Assembly: GCA_964016885.1 (NCBI GenBank)
Contig: OZ024743.1
Location: forward strand, 326,616,001-326,680,000
DNA length: 64,000 bases
Direction: 5' to 3'
Origin: Eledone cirrhosa
Taxonomy: Eukaryota
The notes beneath the pieces were generated by a model. The model worked only from the letters and a program-made list of their open reading frames with translations. It was not told the origin of the DNA and did no database searches. The translations under genes were made by a program, and so were the position numbers. Of this stretch, positions 11,076 through 25,249 are shown one piece after another (positions within the stretch are counted from its first letter, which is position 1; the number at the start of each line of letters is the position of its first letter).

Positions 11076-11254
11076 CTAGCATAAGAGCCCGTTGTTGCCG
11101 GGCACACCTTCCGCCACTGTCAGTGAAGACCCCCACCTCTCTCATCAACATAGCCGTCTTTAAATAGCCCCATTTGAACAAAATTGGATGAAAACTATAG
11201 AAATGCATCGCCTGCATACAGACAGACAGACATTTTCGTTTTTATATATATAGA
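11076..11254 (-). mobile_element. Short non-autonomous Helitron
   Basis: 5' TCTATATATATAAAA; 3' hairpin GCCCG-GCAACAA-CGGGC followed by CTAG; inserted between A and T. Confidence 0.8.
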
Positions 11255-11257
11255 TAA

Positions 11258-12723
11258 CTAGCAGTTTAGCCCGGCGTCACTCAGGTTTGTTCATTTGCTA
11301 TGAAAAGTTACATACAGGTAAACGTGGCTTGAAAGCGAATAAGCTATCAATTAAGTGCGTAAAGCAGTTGAACCGGTTATTAAAAGTTACGAACCAATTA
11401 GCATTTTGGACAATCAATGATGAGTTAATAATCTTCCAATAGCGAATTTAGCAGACCAAAGTTGCAAGATGGTGGCCCTGATGCCGCTGGGTGTCAGATC
11501 TGTCCGCCATGGGTGACCCTACCAGGAAATAGTTTTCCAGACGGCATAGTTCCAACACCTCCAACACCTGCACCAACATCTATAGCACCTCTTTGTAGAC
11601 GATATTGCGTGTCATCCCTTGAGGAGTGTAAGCAAAAAGTCCATTCCTGCTCCCTACGTGGGAACAGGCAACATAAAGTTGGCCATGGGAAAAACATGGC
11701 TCCCCCAAATGGATGCCCGCCACCGACAATGTTTGCCCTTGTGACTTGTTAATGGACATGGCAAAACATGGTCTCACCGGGAATTGGGATCGCCGAAAAT
11801 CGAACGGGATATCTGACGCCGAGGGGAAAAGGTTCATCCTTGGCAGTGTATTCGGCAGGATTGCCAGAAGTACAACACTAAGGGTGTTGTCATATTAATA
11901 TTTAACCAATGAAAGTCGTAAAAAATAAATAATTTAAACATTCCGATTCATATGTCTATATCATTAATCTGTTATATGAAGTGTTATTTTGCGGGTTGTT
12001 ATTTGCAATAAGCCGATTTAAAATACCTCCAGAAAAGCCGTATGTCAATACGGAACTCCAATGACTCCCCCAGCAGTTAAATTATAGAGAGGGGGGAATA
12101 ATCTATTATAGAGAGAGGGAAGAGCGATGGAGAGAGTAAAGCCAAGAAACTATAGGGAGGTGTGTAAAACAGTGTTGTCATATAGAGATTGAAGAGCGAC
12201 AAAGAGAGTAAAGCAGTTAAATTATAGAGAGGGGGAATAATCTATTATAGAGAGAGGGAAGAGCGACGGAGAGAGTAAAGCTAAGAAACTATATGGAGGT
12301 GTGTTAAACCTCAAAACATGAAGAGAGTAAAGCAGTTAAATTATAGAGAGGGAGAATGATCTATTAGAGAGAGAGGGAAGAGCGATGAAGAGAGCGTTAT
12401 GACTATGTTTGTTGTTGTATAAAATGATGTGTTGCTTAATTTTTAAAGTTTATGTCGCGTTCCTGAACGAAGTTTTGTCGCTGTTGGGTAGTAGAGAGAG
12501 TGAATAAGCGTGTAAGAAAGAGGGTTACAGCATGTATTTAGTTTTATCGATTTTTTTCATAGAAGCAGGAAATTTTTGGCAAAATTTATTACGCGTTGAC
12601 CATCGTTGGTAAATTTGGAGCACTTTGGAAAAAAATCATCAAAATCGGTAGAGAAATGTGGAAATGCATAAAAATCATATACACACACACAGACAGACAT
12701 CTTCAGTTTTATATATACAGAGA
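11258..12723 (-). mobile_element. Internally deleted Helitron with a helicase C-terminus and an internal minisatellite
   Basis: 5' TC..TATATATAAAACTG, purine-rich repeats at 12073-12395, helicase frame at 11580-11843, and an imperfect 3' hairpin plus CTAG at 11258-11261. Confidence 0.85.
11580..11843 (-). pseudogene. Helitron PIF1-like helicase C-terminal fragment
   Basis: FDFRRSQFPVRPCFAMSINKSQGQTL...FSHGQLYVACS..G...TRNIVYKEVL*. Confidence 0.9.
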
Positions 12724-13221
12724 TAGAGATAGAGATGATCTCTAACCTAGAATCAAATATGGTGGTGAGGAGTAGAGACAATTTTATCAATTTCCAATAT
12801 ATGGCTGGTGTTGTTCATTCGATTTACAGAAGGATTATAGATAAGTTGACCTTAGTAAAATTGGAAATCGAAAGGTAAGGTAAAGGAACGAAATTAAATA
12901 CGACAAATCTTGTCTGACGCTCTACCGATTCTGCCAGTCCGCCGACCTTCTGTCTAAAACAATGACGATTTATATTATGGGCACAATCCTATAATATAAA
13001 TCGTTATTGTGAGAAGGTGTATTGTCGACTACAGCACCCAGTACATCACCGGTACTTGTTTCATGAACCACCGAAGAATGACAGGCAGAGCTGAACTTAA
13101 CGGGATTTGAAATCAAAACAAAAAGAGGTGTGAATATAATCTTTAAAACATTTTGTCCGACGCTCTAACGATTCTGGCAATCCACCGTCTCTGTGAAGGA
13201 CGAACATTATTACTGCTTACG

Positions 13222-13392
13222 GTAGAGGGTCGGACGCCATGCTTTGACGCATAGAATTACGGCCCTTTCTATTCTGAGTTCAAATCCCGCTGAGGTCAAC
13301 TTTGCCTTTCATCCTTACGGGGTCGATAATATAAAGTACCAGTAATGTACTGGGTAATTGGTGGCCTTGTGCCAAAAGTAGAAACAATTATT
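13222..13392 (+). mobile_element. SINE family A, 5'-truncated, with a 16-bp TSD
   Basis: ATTATTACTGCTTACG at 13206-13221 and 13387-13402. Two decayed minus-strand copies precede it at about 12790-12945 and 13035-13190. Confidence 0.85.
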
Positions 13393-13519
13393 ACTGCTTA
13401 CGAAATACAATATTGTTCCATACATAAATGGCATACACTTTCATCCTTTCAAGATCAATGAAAAAAAAGAACAAGTCCAATACTGATGTCGATTCTTCCT
13501 CTATATTTCTTTTTCACTT

Positions 13520-13755
<236 letters not shown>

Positions 13756-14950
13756 TGCAAAAAATCAGCTGCGTTCAGATCTAGAGTGCCCTAAACACGC
13801 CATATATCAACACACCACCCTTACAATTCAGTGAGCCTAGAGTGTGATATAGTTTCAATTTCCTGAAGCTAACTCAATTACACTGCTAACGCCCTCGGGA
13901 GAAGGATAGGACAATTATGAAGGGCTCCAAACGGCGATTTGTCTCATTTTCGAAGTTCTTTATCACAAATTCTGTGACCTGTAAATATGTTGAATGTGTC
14001 AATATTATACTCTTTCCTCTCTCTAACATTTGTTTGGTGAATAAACTTTCTCAAAGTTAGTTACACATGATAAGAGTGAAACAGAAATTTACCTTGTCTC
14101 TAGTTTACTCTAGTGAATTATTCACTTTTGCCATTAACCCTTTCAATACTAATCCCCCTGAAACTTCACCTGGTTCTACAATATGGTCGATAGTATAAAA
14201 TTACACACACATGTACACCAGGTCCGAACATAGAGGAACCAAACTCCCACAGATCTTATCAATGACATTTTACATGAGTGGAATAGTAACATCCCCAAGT
14301 CATAGTAACTGATGACAAAAGTAATACGACATATAAGAAAGACATGGGGATACATAGAAAGACATAGCTGCGAATGCTGAGACGTGAATTGGTGTATGTA
14401 CACACACTCGTATGTATTATGTATAATGGTATAAACATACGAAAACTGGTGGGAAGTTTCCAGGATACATAAATACACCACCTACGTAGATAGGTGTAAA
14501 CACACACAAAAACTTGTGAGAATTGCAATACACTCAGAGAGAGGGAGAGAGGGGGGGGCGGAGAGAGATGAGATTAATAAAAAAAACAACAATAATAAAT
14601 GTTTCTACTTTTTGGCACAAGGCTAGCAATTATCCCAGTGCATTACTGGTACTTTATTTTATCAACCCCGTAAGAATGAAAGGCAAAGTTAACCTTGGCC
14701 AGAAATTAGAGTGAACATTAACCAGAACAATAATACCAGTAATATGAACAGAGAAAGAAAGCAGCAGACAACACACATGCTCAGACACACACGCATACAC
14801 ATATATGCATATCACATACACATGTATGTATGTATATATATATATATATATAGTAATAATAGTAATAATAAACAATGTGAAGACTAAAATCCAAAGAGGC
14901 TCGATAAGGATAAATATATATCAAATATATAAGAACCGTAGAGCAAATAT

Positions 14951-15087
14951 TTATTAAAATAACAGATTAAAGTTTAAGCAAAGAATCGCAGTTTACACCC
15001 TTAACGGGATCTTCTGAAACTCAATAGTTTCAGAAGATCCTGTTAAGGGTGTAAACTGCGATTCTTTGCTTAAACTTTAATCTGTTA

Positions 15088-15094
<7 letters not shown>
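14951..15094. repeat. Near-perfect hairpin element of about 140 bp
   Basis: Arms of about 68 bp with a 5-nt loop. Single arms recur at 25071-25128 and 63613-63662, each next to (TA)n. Confidence 0.85.
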
Positions 15095-15163
<69 letters not shown>

Positions 15164-15305
15164 TTATATATGGGAAAATGTGTGAAACCGTTGATACAGT
15201 TAGGTATATTTGAAAAAGGAAAAAAAATGACTTCACTTGTAGTTCTAAGCAATTTAATTTTATAATATTATAATTTTACAGTTTTGTTTTGTACAAAACC
15301 AAATT

Positions 15306-15689
15306 GCCACAGAATGTTATAATAAAACTTCAAAAGTGTGGGACTAGAGTTGTTGCTCAAAAATATTGTAATCATTATCTATCGTACACTCTGTGGCATC
15401 CTTTATAAAAAAGAGACTCATAACGAACTCAAGACGACACGATAATTATTTAAGTGAATTTATAATATAGAATTCGGTTTAAGTGCATTTCGTATTAATC
15501 ATTACTAAACATCTAATATGAGATATTGAACATTAGCTTAAATAATTATCGTGTCGTCTTGAGTTCGTTATGAGTCTCGTTTTTTTTATAAAAGGATGCC
15601 ACAGAGTGTACGATAGATAATGATTACAATATTTTTGAGCAACAACTCTAGTCCCACACTTTTGAAGGTTTATTATAACATTCTGTGGC
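15306..15689. repeat. Inverted repeat with arms of about 150 bp and a spacer of about 83 bp
   Basis: 15306-15453 is the reverse complement of 15537-15689 with few mismatches. Confidence 0.9.
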
Positions 15690-15795
15690 TCTTTTGAGCT
15701 TGCGCATTTTTCAGGTCTAGTATATTTATATATATGTATATATTTGTGTGTGTGTGTATATATACATATACATATACATACGCATATACATACGG

Positions 15796-15885
<90 letters not shown>

Positions 15886-16113
15886 ACGAAACAAAGAATC
15901 AGTATTGCATCATATACATATGTAATATGTAATTACACATGTTTCACTGTCGACAGTGAAACATATGTAACATGTAATTAAATATGTATATGATACAACA
16001 TTGATTCTCTGTTCCCTTATATATTATTATTATTATTGATACTCTGCTCCCCACGAGCATCAAGTGCACATATCGGCATATCGCCTACGGACGCCATTAA
16101 TTTGCATGGGAGG

Positions 16114-16159
16114 GACCGTCCTGATGAAGGCCAGTCAAGCCTGAAATGCATAGACGGTT
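16114..16159 (+). ncRNA. Minimal type I hammerhead ribozyme, canonical core
   Basis: GACCGTC CTGATGA AGGC cagtcaa GCCT GAAA TGCA TA GACGGTT: stem I of 6-7 bp, stem II of 4 bp, palindromic stem III ATGCAT. Confidence 0.85.
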
Positions 16160-16256
16160 GTCCCCCTTGCTTCTGCTGGGCACTACCAGAGGGCGTTAGG
16201 AGCCGGTGTTTGCATAGCTACGGCTTCCTAAATGTTTCCTGTAAACATACCATGTT

Positions 16257-16443
<187 letters not shown>

Positions 16444-16657
16444 GGGTAACAATATATCGTTAAAGGTAATCCGATAAGAGTTTGTGAAAACTACTTATGA
16501 TGGATAGTTTAAGCGTACGGTGCTGTGTGACTCAACAAGAGGTTTACGTGGGTGACGAGTAAATGACTTCACTTGTTTTCCTATGTAAGGATATCTTGGA
16601 GTAATAAAAAAAGTGAAGAATAACATGGTCAACATTATAAACAAGGAGATTTATTTA

Positions 16658-16766
16658 CAGTCTGACAATTGTTTCTATGATAGAGTAGTCTAAAAATTGC
16701 TAAACACTAAAGATAGTGAGACTCAATTTAAAATACATTGATCCTCCATCATTTCATCGGACACTG
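16658..16766 (-). ncRNA. Decayed hammerhead motif
   Basis: Minus strand reads CAGTGT CCGATGA aATGATGG...CTATCATa GAAA CAATTG TC AGACTG. U4 is changed to C and stem I has one mismatch. Confidence 0.55.
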
Positions 16767-16857
16767 AAAAGAATACAACATATATGCGTAACGGTAAATA
16801 TATAGATATATATATTATATCGATATATATATTATATAGATATAGATATATTATATC

Positions 16858-16980
16858 GCCAACAAAATCTGGCAACTCAAAAATGCAAGCATTGAATACG
16901 AGATCAGTTGGACAATACTGTCAAAATCAAAGGCCTATCAAACTGGTATATCCCATTGCAGGCTTTGTAATATGGAGCTT
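16858..16980 (+). pseudogene. Penelope-like GIY-YIG endonuclease C-terminal fragment
   Basis: ANKIWQLKNASIEYEISWTILSKSKAYQTGISHCRLCNME fits the PLE IW.LK....Y.I.W.IL....Y......C.LC..E pattern. It is not in the ORF track. Confidence 0.7.
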
Positions 16981-17980
16981 TTCCAAATTCTTAATTTCAG
17001 TAAAACACTTCTTAACAATTGAATTGAACGAACTATTTTTTGCCGGTACAAATCAGCAACGAAATTCCAGAACTTTAGACCTACTTAATTCCATTTTCTT
17101 TTCCATATCACTTTTATACCATTAGAATCTATTACGATATCAAACTATCAGCACCATCGTCACCTTTATAATTACCAAAGAATAACTTCAGTTCCTTTGT
17201 ATTTACATTATTATGTTATTTATTTCATGCATCTCCATTTGTCTTGCATTTCTCTACTTAAACCTGCTTCATCTCGATCATTTTACCTTATCCCATCATG
17301 TAATACATCTTAAACTAGCTAATTTACTTATAAAAACATCCAATACAAGCATAAATATATCCAACATTATAATATTTTCAACTTTACATTGAACATTGTG
17401 GTAGGCAAAACCTAACACACAATACCAAAGTAACGAAAAAACTAACATGTTAAAAAGATACACCTGGACAAATCAAACGATATACGTTTAAAGTGTTTCT
17501 ATGAATCCGAAATCAAATATCCAACTTACGTAACAGGCACGCTCGAGGTATTCCATGATCGAACAGAGGATTCATTTCATCAACAGGGATTCCGTTCTGC
17601 CAAAAATCGGAGTGGACGAGCTAAATGCTGCTGCTATAAGCCAGCCATCGTACACTTAGTTGTCACGTGTTATTTCCAAACAAGGGAAACAACCTACGGT
17701 TTTTGGCGGGTAGATTCAAAGTGTTAACAAAGGAATATATATATATATATATGCATCTGCGTGTGTATGTGTGTGTGTGTGTATCTGCTATAATATTATT
17801 TTCCTATTTATATATATATATATGTGTGTATGTATACCACACGTGCACATACATGCTTAAATAATTAATATGTACACACAGACACGCACACACACACATA
17901 CACACAGGCACACATACACAGACACACACACACATATATGTATATATATATATGTGTGTGTGTGTGTCTGTGTATGTGTG

Positions 17981-18079
<99 letters not shown>

Positions 18080-18593
18080 CTGTGTGTACATATAAATGAT
18101 TTAAGCATGTATATTAATTTATATATATATTTAATCAGGGCTTCCTAATGATTTCTCCCGAATAAAACAGTTCTAGTCCTGTAAAACCCATTTTTATATT
18201 AAATATACACTCTGCTATGTATTGAGTACCGTACTTACTGTGGTTACCCCCGATTGAACTCGGGATAAACATATATATATTCATATGTGTAGTTATTTTG
18301 ATAGGGAAACCTCGCTCTGGTTTGCTATACTTCCTATGTAAATAGATTGCCGATACCAATCTCATTTTGTTTTTAATTGGTATTATTTTGTTTCTTAATA
18401 ATACTACTTCATAAATTATGTCTTTTCAAGAAGATATCTGAATTGAAATATACTTATTTTTGTGAAGTACTTACAAAATTCACATGGCTTTTATGAAAAT
18501 AAATCGTATATTTTCAGCTCATTTAATTAAAATTAATTTGCTATGCCGAGTTTATTAGAATTTGAACTAAATTACTGTCTTAATGTATTTTAA

Positions 18594-18810
18594 CCCTTTA
18601 GCATTTAAACCGGTCATATCCGGCCAGAATATCTCTCCTCTTTCTGTTCAAACCAGCTGTAACCAGCCACTCATACTTGTGTTAAAGTATTGTTCTCAAA
18701 ATAAATATCAAAATCTCATAGATTCGATATTATGTGAGATAATTACGTGAGGTAAAGCCTTTACCATGAAAATATAATAGGAAATATAAAGTAATGTAAA
18801 TGCTAAAGGG
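18594..18810. mobile_element. piggyBac-type MITE
   Basis: TIR CCCTTTAGCATTTA / TAAATGCTAAAGGG, flanked by TTAA at 18590-18593 and 18811-18814. Confidence 0.85.
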
Positions 18811-19814
18811 TTAAGAAACGACTTTAGAGTGATTGTTTTATTGTTTTAAAGAATATTTTGATTACGAAAACCACATATGTATTGGCAGTCTCATTTTTAA
18901 AATTCACGGAAGCCTCTGTGTGATCGATTGGTGTGCTAGAAATAGCAGTCAAACTACGTTCAAATTACTCCCTATATCAGGGGCGGTGAAAGCATTTCTG
19001 AATTGGGGAAACCAAATTTGGTCAATTTAGTTGTAGTGATTAGTTTAGCTCTTTGCACTCTAAAATGGTCAGAAAACCTCGATATGCAATAAACATAACA
19101 TGTACATAAATTGTAGCGCATATACAAATAGATGTGTTTTGGTAGTTTGTGTGTGTGTGTGTAAAAAGAATAATGCTCTGTACCCTTTCCTAAGGGGTTG
19201 ATATATTGAGTTTCTTCGTATAGAGCAAAGGTTCTCAAGCCATTTCCCCTCGAAATCACGAAACGCCCCTACCCTATTTTTCAATTTTTCGATATACTAC
19301 TTATTTTGATATCAGTAGATTACAAAAAAAATGATTAACGATATTCCAAAGATACCATTGCAGGCAGCTGAGAGTATAAATACATTCCTTGAAAGGAAGT
19401 ATATAAATTTCAAAAAAATGAACATAAATGTTCTTTTTTATGAATAAGGACCAGTTGAATTTGTTATATTCCCACCAGACGATACCAGCTATTTTGAACA
19501 TTTATACAAGAGCAACTCTATCTATCCAAAGAGTGCTCTTATCTGGAAGAAAGTGGCAATTGTATTATTTCAAAGCTTTCCAATTTTCCCTTTAATGAAA
19601 CGGACAGAATAAATGTTGATATATAACTTGATGTCCCCTCCGCTTTATGAGCTTAGAGACCACACAAGAGGGTTTTCATGACCACGTAAGAGGGTATATT
19701 CATTAGTAAACGGTAAAATATATACAACAAATGAGTAAGTGAATTGTGGTAGATGGTTTCCAGTCCAGTCAGACTGCAACTACAAATAAAAAATCGACTT
19801 ACTTTCATCTCGTT

Positions 19815-20600
19815 TCAATGGAACCCTTGAGCTTCATCGAGTTTAGCTAACTCTTTGACGTCAGGCTGGATTTTCGTAAGATGTAGCCGGAGATCTTCAC
19901 GTGCAATCACATTGTAGCGGTTGCGAGCCTTACTGTGCAGTCTGGAAACAGCGCCAAACCCCCTCTCGACTAAGTATGAGCTAGGAAAAGGCAAAGCAAA
20001 TCTCTTAACCTCTGCATGTAGGAGTGGAAATCGACGCTGAATTTCCTCTTGCATCCAAAAAAGGGGTTCACCTATTTTGGAAAATTTAATTTTGATAATG
20101 TCATCTGTCTGAAGTTCAATTAATTCTTCCTGAAATTTAACGTCGAAATCGTCGACGTTAGCTATGAAGGGATCTGCTATCCACATTGGGATGTCCATCT
20201 GCAAAAGGTCGACAAACCGTTCTCTCATGTTGTCTTGTAGTGCACGGAGGTGCGCGGTATAAATTTGGAGTTGGTCATCGCTCACAATGTTTTGAACATT
20301 GGCGACACTAGGAAAATTATAGAATTCCCGTCAACAAAGATTCCTTTCGATGACTTTCAATTTGGCCAGGAATATTTTCACAGCATTCCTTGCTTTAAAC
20401 AAGGTGATCTTCTCCCCCTGCAAAGCCATAATGAGGCTATTGCATTTGTCGAAGATGTCGGCGAGGTAGGCGCAGTCTTGCCTCACATCGAGGGTTTTTT
20501 TATACAGTTCTGTGTTGCGTCCTCGAAGAAACTCAATGATAGAGTCCAACAGTTAAAAGAAGCGAGTAAGGCACTTGCCCTTTAAAAGCCACCTCACTTC
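19815..20600 (-). pseudogene. hAT Buster/Charlie-type transposase C-terminal fragment
   Basis: EVRWL.KGKCLTRF, AYLADIF, LQG, DPF, QEELIELQTD and FPSSYLVERGF motifs, with a stop and a frameshift. Confidence 0.9.
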
Positions 20601-20709
20601 ATATTCAAATGAAGTTCAGATATAACAAATTAAGCTTAAAAACTATTTATTATATCAAATAAACAAAAAATAAAACAGACGTTTGAATAAAAATCATATA
20701 AAGTAAATT

Positions 20710-21897
20710 TATTGTCTTTTAGAACTTTCCAAATGTATCATATCTCGCATCATTGCTGTCAATAAATAATTTAGCAACTTCTTCACAACTAATCTTTTTC
20801 AAAACATCTCTATGAACGTGGCATATTAGAATATGATTCAACCTTTGCTGAGTCATGGTCGATCGCAACCAAGTTTTGAGTCTCTACAGAGCGCTAAAAG
20901 ATCTTTCAGCTTCACAAGAACTGGCTGGAAACATTAAAAGTAGCCTGAGCAATCGCTCAACATTTAGAAACATGCGACGGACTTCTGGTTGCATTTCACC
21001 GAATATTTTACGATGATCCTCAAGAGATGATCCACTATGATGATTTCTATAAAAAAGTATTTCGTTCCTTAAAGGAAATTTATCAAGCTCTGGATAGTGC
21101 ATGATCACTTCAGCACAAAAATTTCCATTGAGTAAAATATTGCTCAGTTTTTCATAATCTACTAAATCCTGTGAAAAAAAATAATCTTTCAAATTTGATA
21201 TTGCAGTATCCACTACCTGCAAATACTGCACTCTGTAATGATCCAAAGCAGTGCAGTGTTGATATTTAACGCATTTCCTTCCTGGTATCTTTTAGGAACT
21301 TTTCGTTGCTTGGGTAGCTCCAAAGGAGAAATATCGAGTTGATAAATCATTTTTTCTGCTGTATTGAACAACTCCTAAAATTTGTCTTCACTGCATAGAT
21401 TTTTTTAGCTCCTCCTGCACCAGTTTGTCACTATGCAACATGCTACCTAGATTGAAGGTGGTACTTTGAAAAGATTTGTTCAATCCTTCAAGGAATTGAA
21501 GTAATGGAACTACAACGTGCAATCCAAGAACACATTGGCCCGGAGAGTGACACGTAAGAATAACATTAGCTCTGGATGCAATGTTGGTGCCAAACTCATT
21601 TGTTGCCTCTTGTAAAGAAATAGGGACCTCTGAATAATTGTCAAGAAGGGCTTTGACTACAGAAAGTCGTGTTAGCCATCGAGTAGGGCACACAGGTTTT
21701 AAGGAGCGTGGTGACGATACTTCATTTTCTTCATCATGTTGTGATAAATACGCGTGCTTAAATTTCCCTGATGTACTATATAGTTTCCGCAATTCATTCA
21801 CGTAATCTAGAACATTTTTGATAAGTGTAGCTTGTTGTACAGACTTAGCTATAATAAGTTGAGAAATATGAATGCCGCAGTGCACGTAATGGGCCAA
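20710..21897 (-). pseudogene. Second hAT transposase fragment (Ac/ZMYM1-like type)
   Basis: YVHC..H, CPTRWLTR and PASSCEAERSFSAL*RLKTWLRSTMTQQRLN (hATC dimerisation domain), with multiple stops. Confidence 0.88.
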
Positions 21898-22345
21898 ATC
21901 AAGTTATGTTAGAATATTTAAAAAGATCTTTAAAAAATACCCGTACGAATTAAATACAAAAAAAATTTCAGTCCAAAACAAAAGCAAACTATTTCAAATT
22001 ATATATTTTTGAAAAATAGACGTGAATGTTCTCAAAGACTTGATTTCAGTTGGAAAAGCTTTTTTTAAATTCTATATTTTACTATTAGCTGTTGTAATAT
22101 TTTGATTGAATAAACAATTCTACAATTCAAACTGTAAAGTCAAAATACAAAAGATGTAAAATATGAAGAATTTCTTACCTTTCTTTGAAATCACAAACTC
22201 AGGGGAAAAATAGTACCTTGCAAAATAAAATACCAGGTAGCAAAATAAAATACTTAGCCACGAATGAATTGAGAAACTTGGTGACAGTGAGAAAGTAGTA
22301 TTTGTATCCCTTATATATATATACATAGATAGATACACAGACACA

Positions 22346-22384
<39 letters not shown>

Positions 22385-22545
22385 TCGAGCACGCACACAC
22401 ACACACACACACACATATACAAACACACACACAAACTTGTGTGTGTGTGTATGCCTTGGTTTGGGTACAGAAAGAATTTTGTCTACAGTTTTTTATTGCC
22501 AGGTCAAAGGCCACTGCTCTTTTCAACAACGCCAAATAACAACGC

Positions 22546-23397
<852 letters not shown>

Positions 23398-23544
23398 TAT
23401 ATATATATATATATATTCCATTTATCGTTTTCGGTGCGCCTGGCCGACTGAACTCACTCGATATGCAAATTAGGCTGCTCAGCCGTTAATTTTCATAAGG
23501 AAAGTATATACTTTCGGACGTTCAACCATCTGGCAGAAAGGTAT

Positions 23545-23587
23545 ACGGTGCTGACGATAGCTAATAAGCTTGAAACTAGTACATCGT
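23545..23587 (+). ncRNA. Minimal type I hammerhead ribozyme
   Basis: ACGGTG CTGACGA tAGC taataa GCTt GAAA CTAG TA CATCGT: palindromic stem III ACTAGT, GUA triplet, U-U at the base of stem II. Confidence 0.75.
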
Positions 23588-23874
23588 TCCTGTGTCAGTG
23601 TTGAACAAAAAGGTGACGTGGTTGCCTAAACACTGTACGGCGTAATTCAGGCTGTTGGTTTGTTTACAAACGAACAAACCGGGCATTATAATAAATGTCC
23701 GGTAAACTGATAATACGTGCATGTATATATGTGTGCCTGTATGTATATATATATACATGCTACTGTACGTCTGTATACATATATGTATGTACGTATACAT
23801 ACATACATACATACTTACATTTAAGTAAGTGCCGTACTAAGAGTGAGAAATGAAATTTCGTTTCATTCTATTCC

Positions 23875-23977
<103 letters not shown>

Positions 23978-24148
23978 TCGAGAAAGTGGGAGGGACAGAG
24001 AGAGTAAGAAATGTGTGTGTGTGTTTGGTACACATCTATCTATCTATCTATCTCCAACAGGGGGCTCAAACATGCGGCCCGCCAACTACTTTTCTGTGGC
24101 CCGTGTAGAAACAATGTTTCATATCGCATTATAACTGGTGAAAATAAG

Positions 24149-24360
24149 GCGGCGAGCTGGTGTAATCGTTAGCACATCTGGAGAAATGCTTAACGGTACT
24201 TCTGTTTTTACGTTCTGAGTTCAAATTCCGCCGATCTCAACTTTGCCTTTCATCCTTTTGGGGTCGAGGAATTAAGTACCAGTTGTGTACTAGGATCGAT
24301 GCAATCGACTGAACCCTAAAGCCCAAATTTCATGCCTTGTTGCTATAGTAGAAATGATTA
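24149..24360 (+). mobile_element. SINE family A (older subfamily)
   Basis: GAGTTCAAATTCCGCC and the GCCTTTCATCC..GGGTCGA core; TTATAACTGGTGAAAAT is repeated on both flanks. Confidence 0.75.
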
Positions 24361-24463
24361 TAACTGGTGAAAATCTATCTTCACCCACCACCACGTTTGG
24401 CCCACTGTGCCTTTCCTCCAGGACGTAATGGCCCTTTTGTGTCCTTGAGTTTGAGACCCCTCT

Positions 24464-24508
<45 letters not shown>

Positions 24509-24639
24509 TTTACTTTTTTTCTGTCTCTGGACTACGCCCATGCTGGAGCATCACCTTGGTAAATTATGGTGACGTCAACAATCCAACAAGCATTGGTGGG
24601 AGGGCAAACACAAACGCAAAGACACACACAGACATATAT

Positions 24640-24750
24640 ACGACGGGCTTCTTTTAGTTTCGGTCTATCAAATCCACTCACAGGGCTTTGGTCGGCCCGG
24701 GCAGTGGGACTGAACCCGGAAATATGTGGTTGGGAAGCAAGCTTCTTGTC
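24640..24750 (-). mobile_element. SINE family B
   Basis: GGGTTCAGTCCCACTG...GACCAAAGCC.TGTGAGTGGATTTG.TAGAC.GAAACT. Related copies at about 41900-42040, 54790-54945, 56250-56380 and 60820-60970. Confidence 0.65.
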
Positions 24751-24758
24751 ACACTGCG

Positions 24759-24807
<49 letters not shown>

Positions 24808-24823
24808 ATAATATATATATTAT

Positions 24824-24856
<33 letters not shown>

Positions 24857-25124
24857 ACCTTACACACTTAAATATAAATGCATGTATATATACAAATGTA
24901 TAAATGCATAGCTATATACATACGTAAATGTATGTATATATGTATGTAGATTTATATATATATATATATATATGTAGATTTATATATATATATATATGTA
25001 TGTAGATATATAGATTTATATATATATATATTATATGTATGTAGATTTATATATATATATGACTTTCAGGCGATCCCGTTAAGGGTGAAAGCAGCGATTC
25101 TTTGCTTAAACTTTAATCTGTTAT

Positions 25125-25239
<115 letters not shown>

Positions 25240-25249
25240 AATATATATA

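Noticed and set aside
12073-12395. CRISPR-like repeat-spacer pattern (also 55995-56097 and 190-465)
   Set aside because: These are tandem duplications with no unique spacers and no cas genes, in a eukaryotic context.
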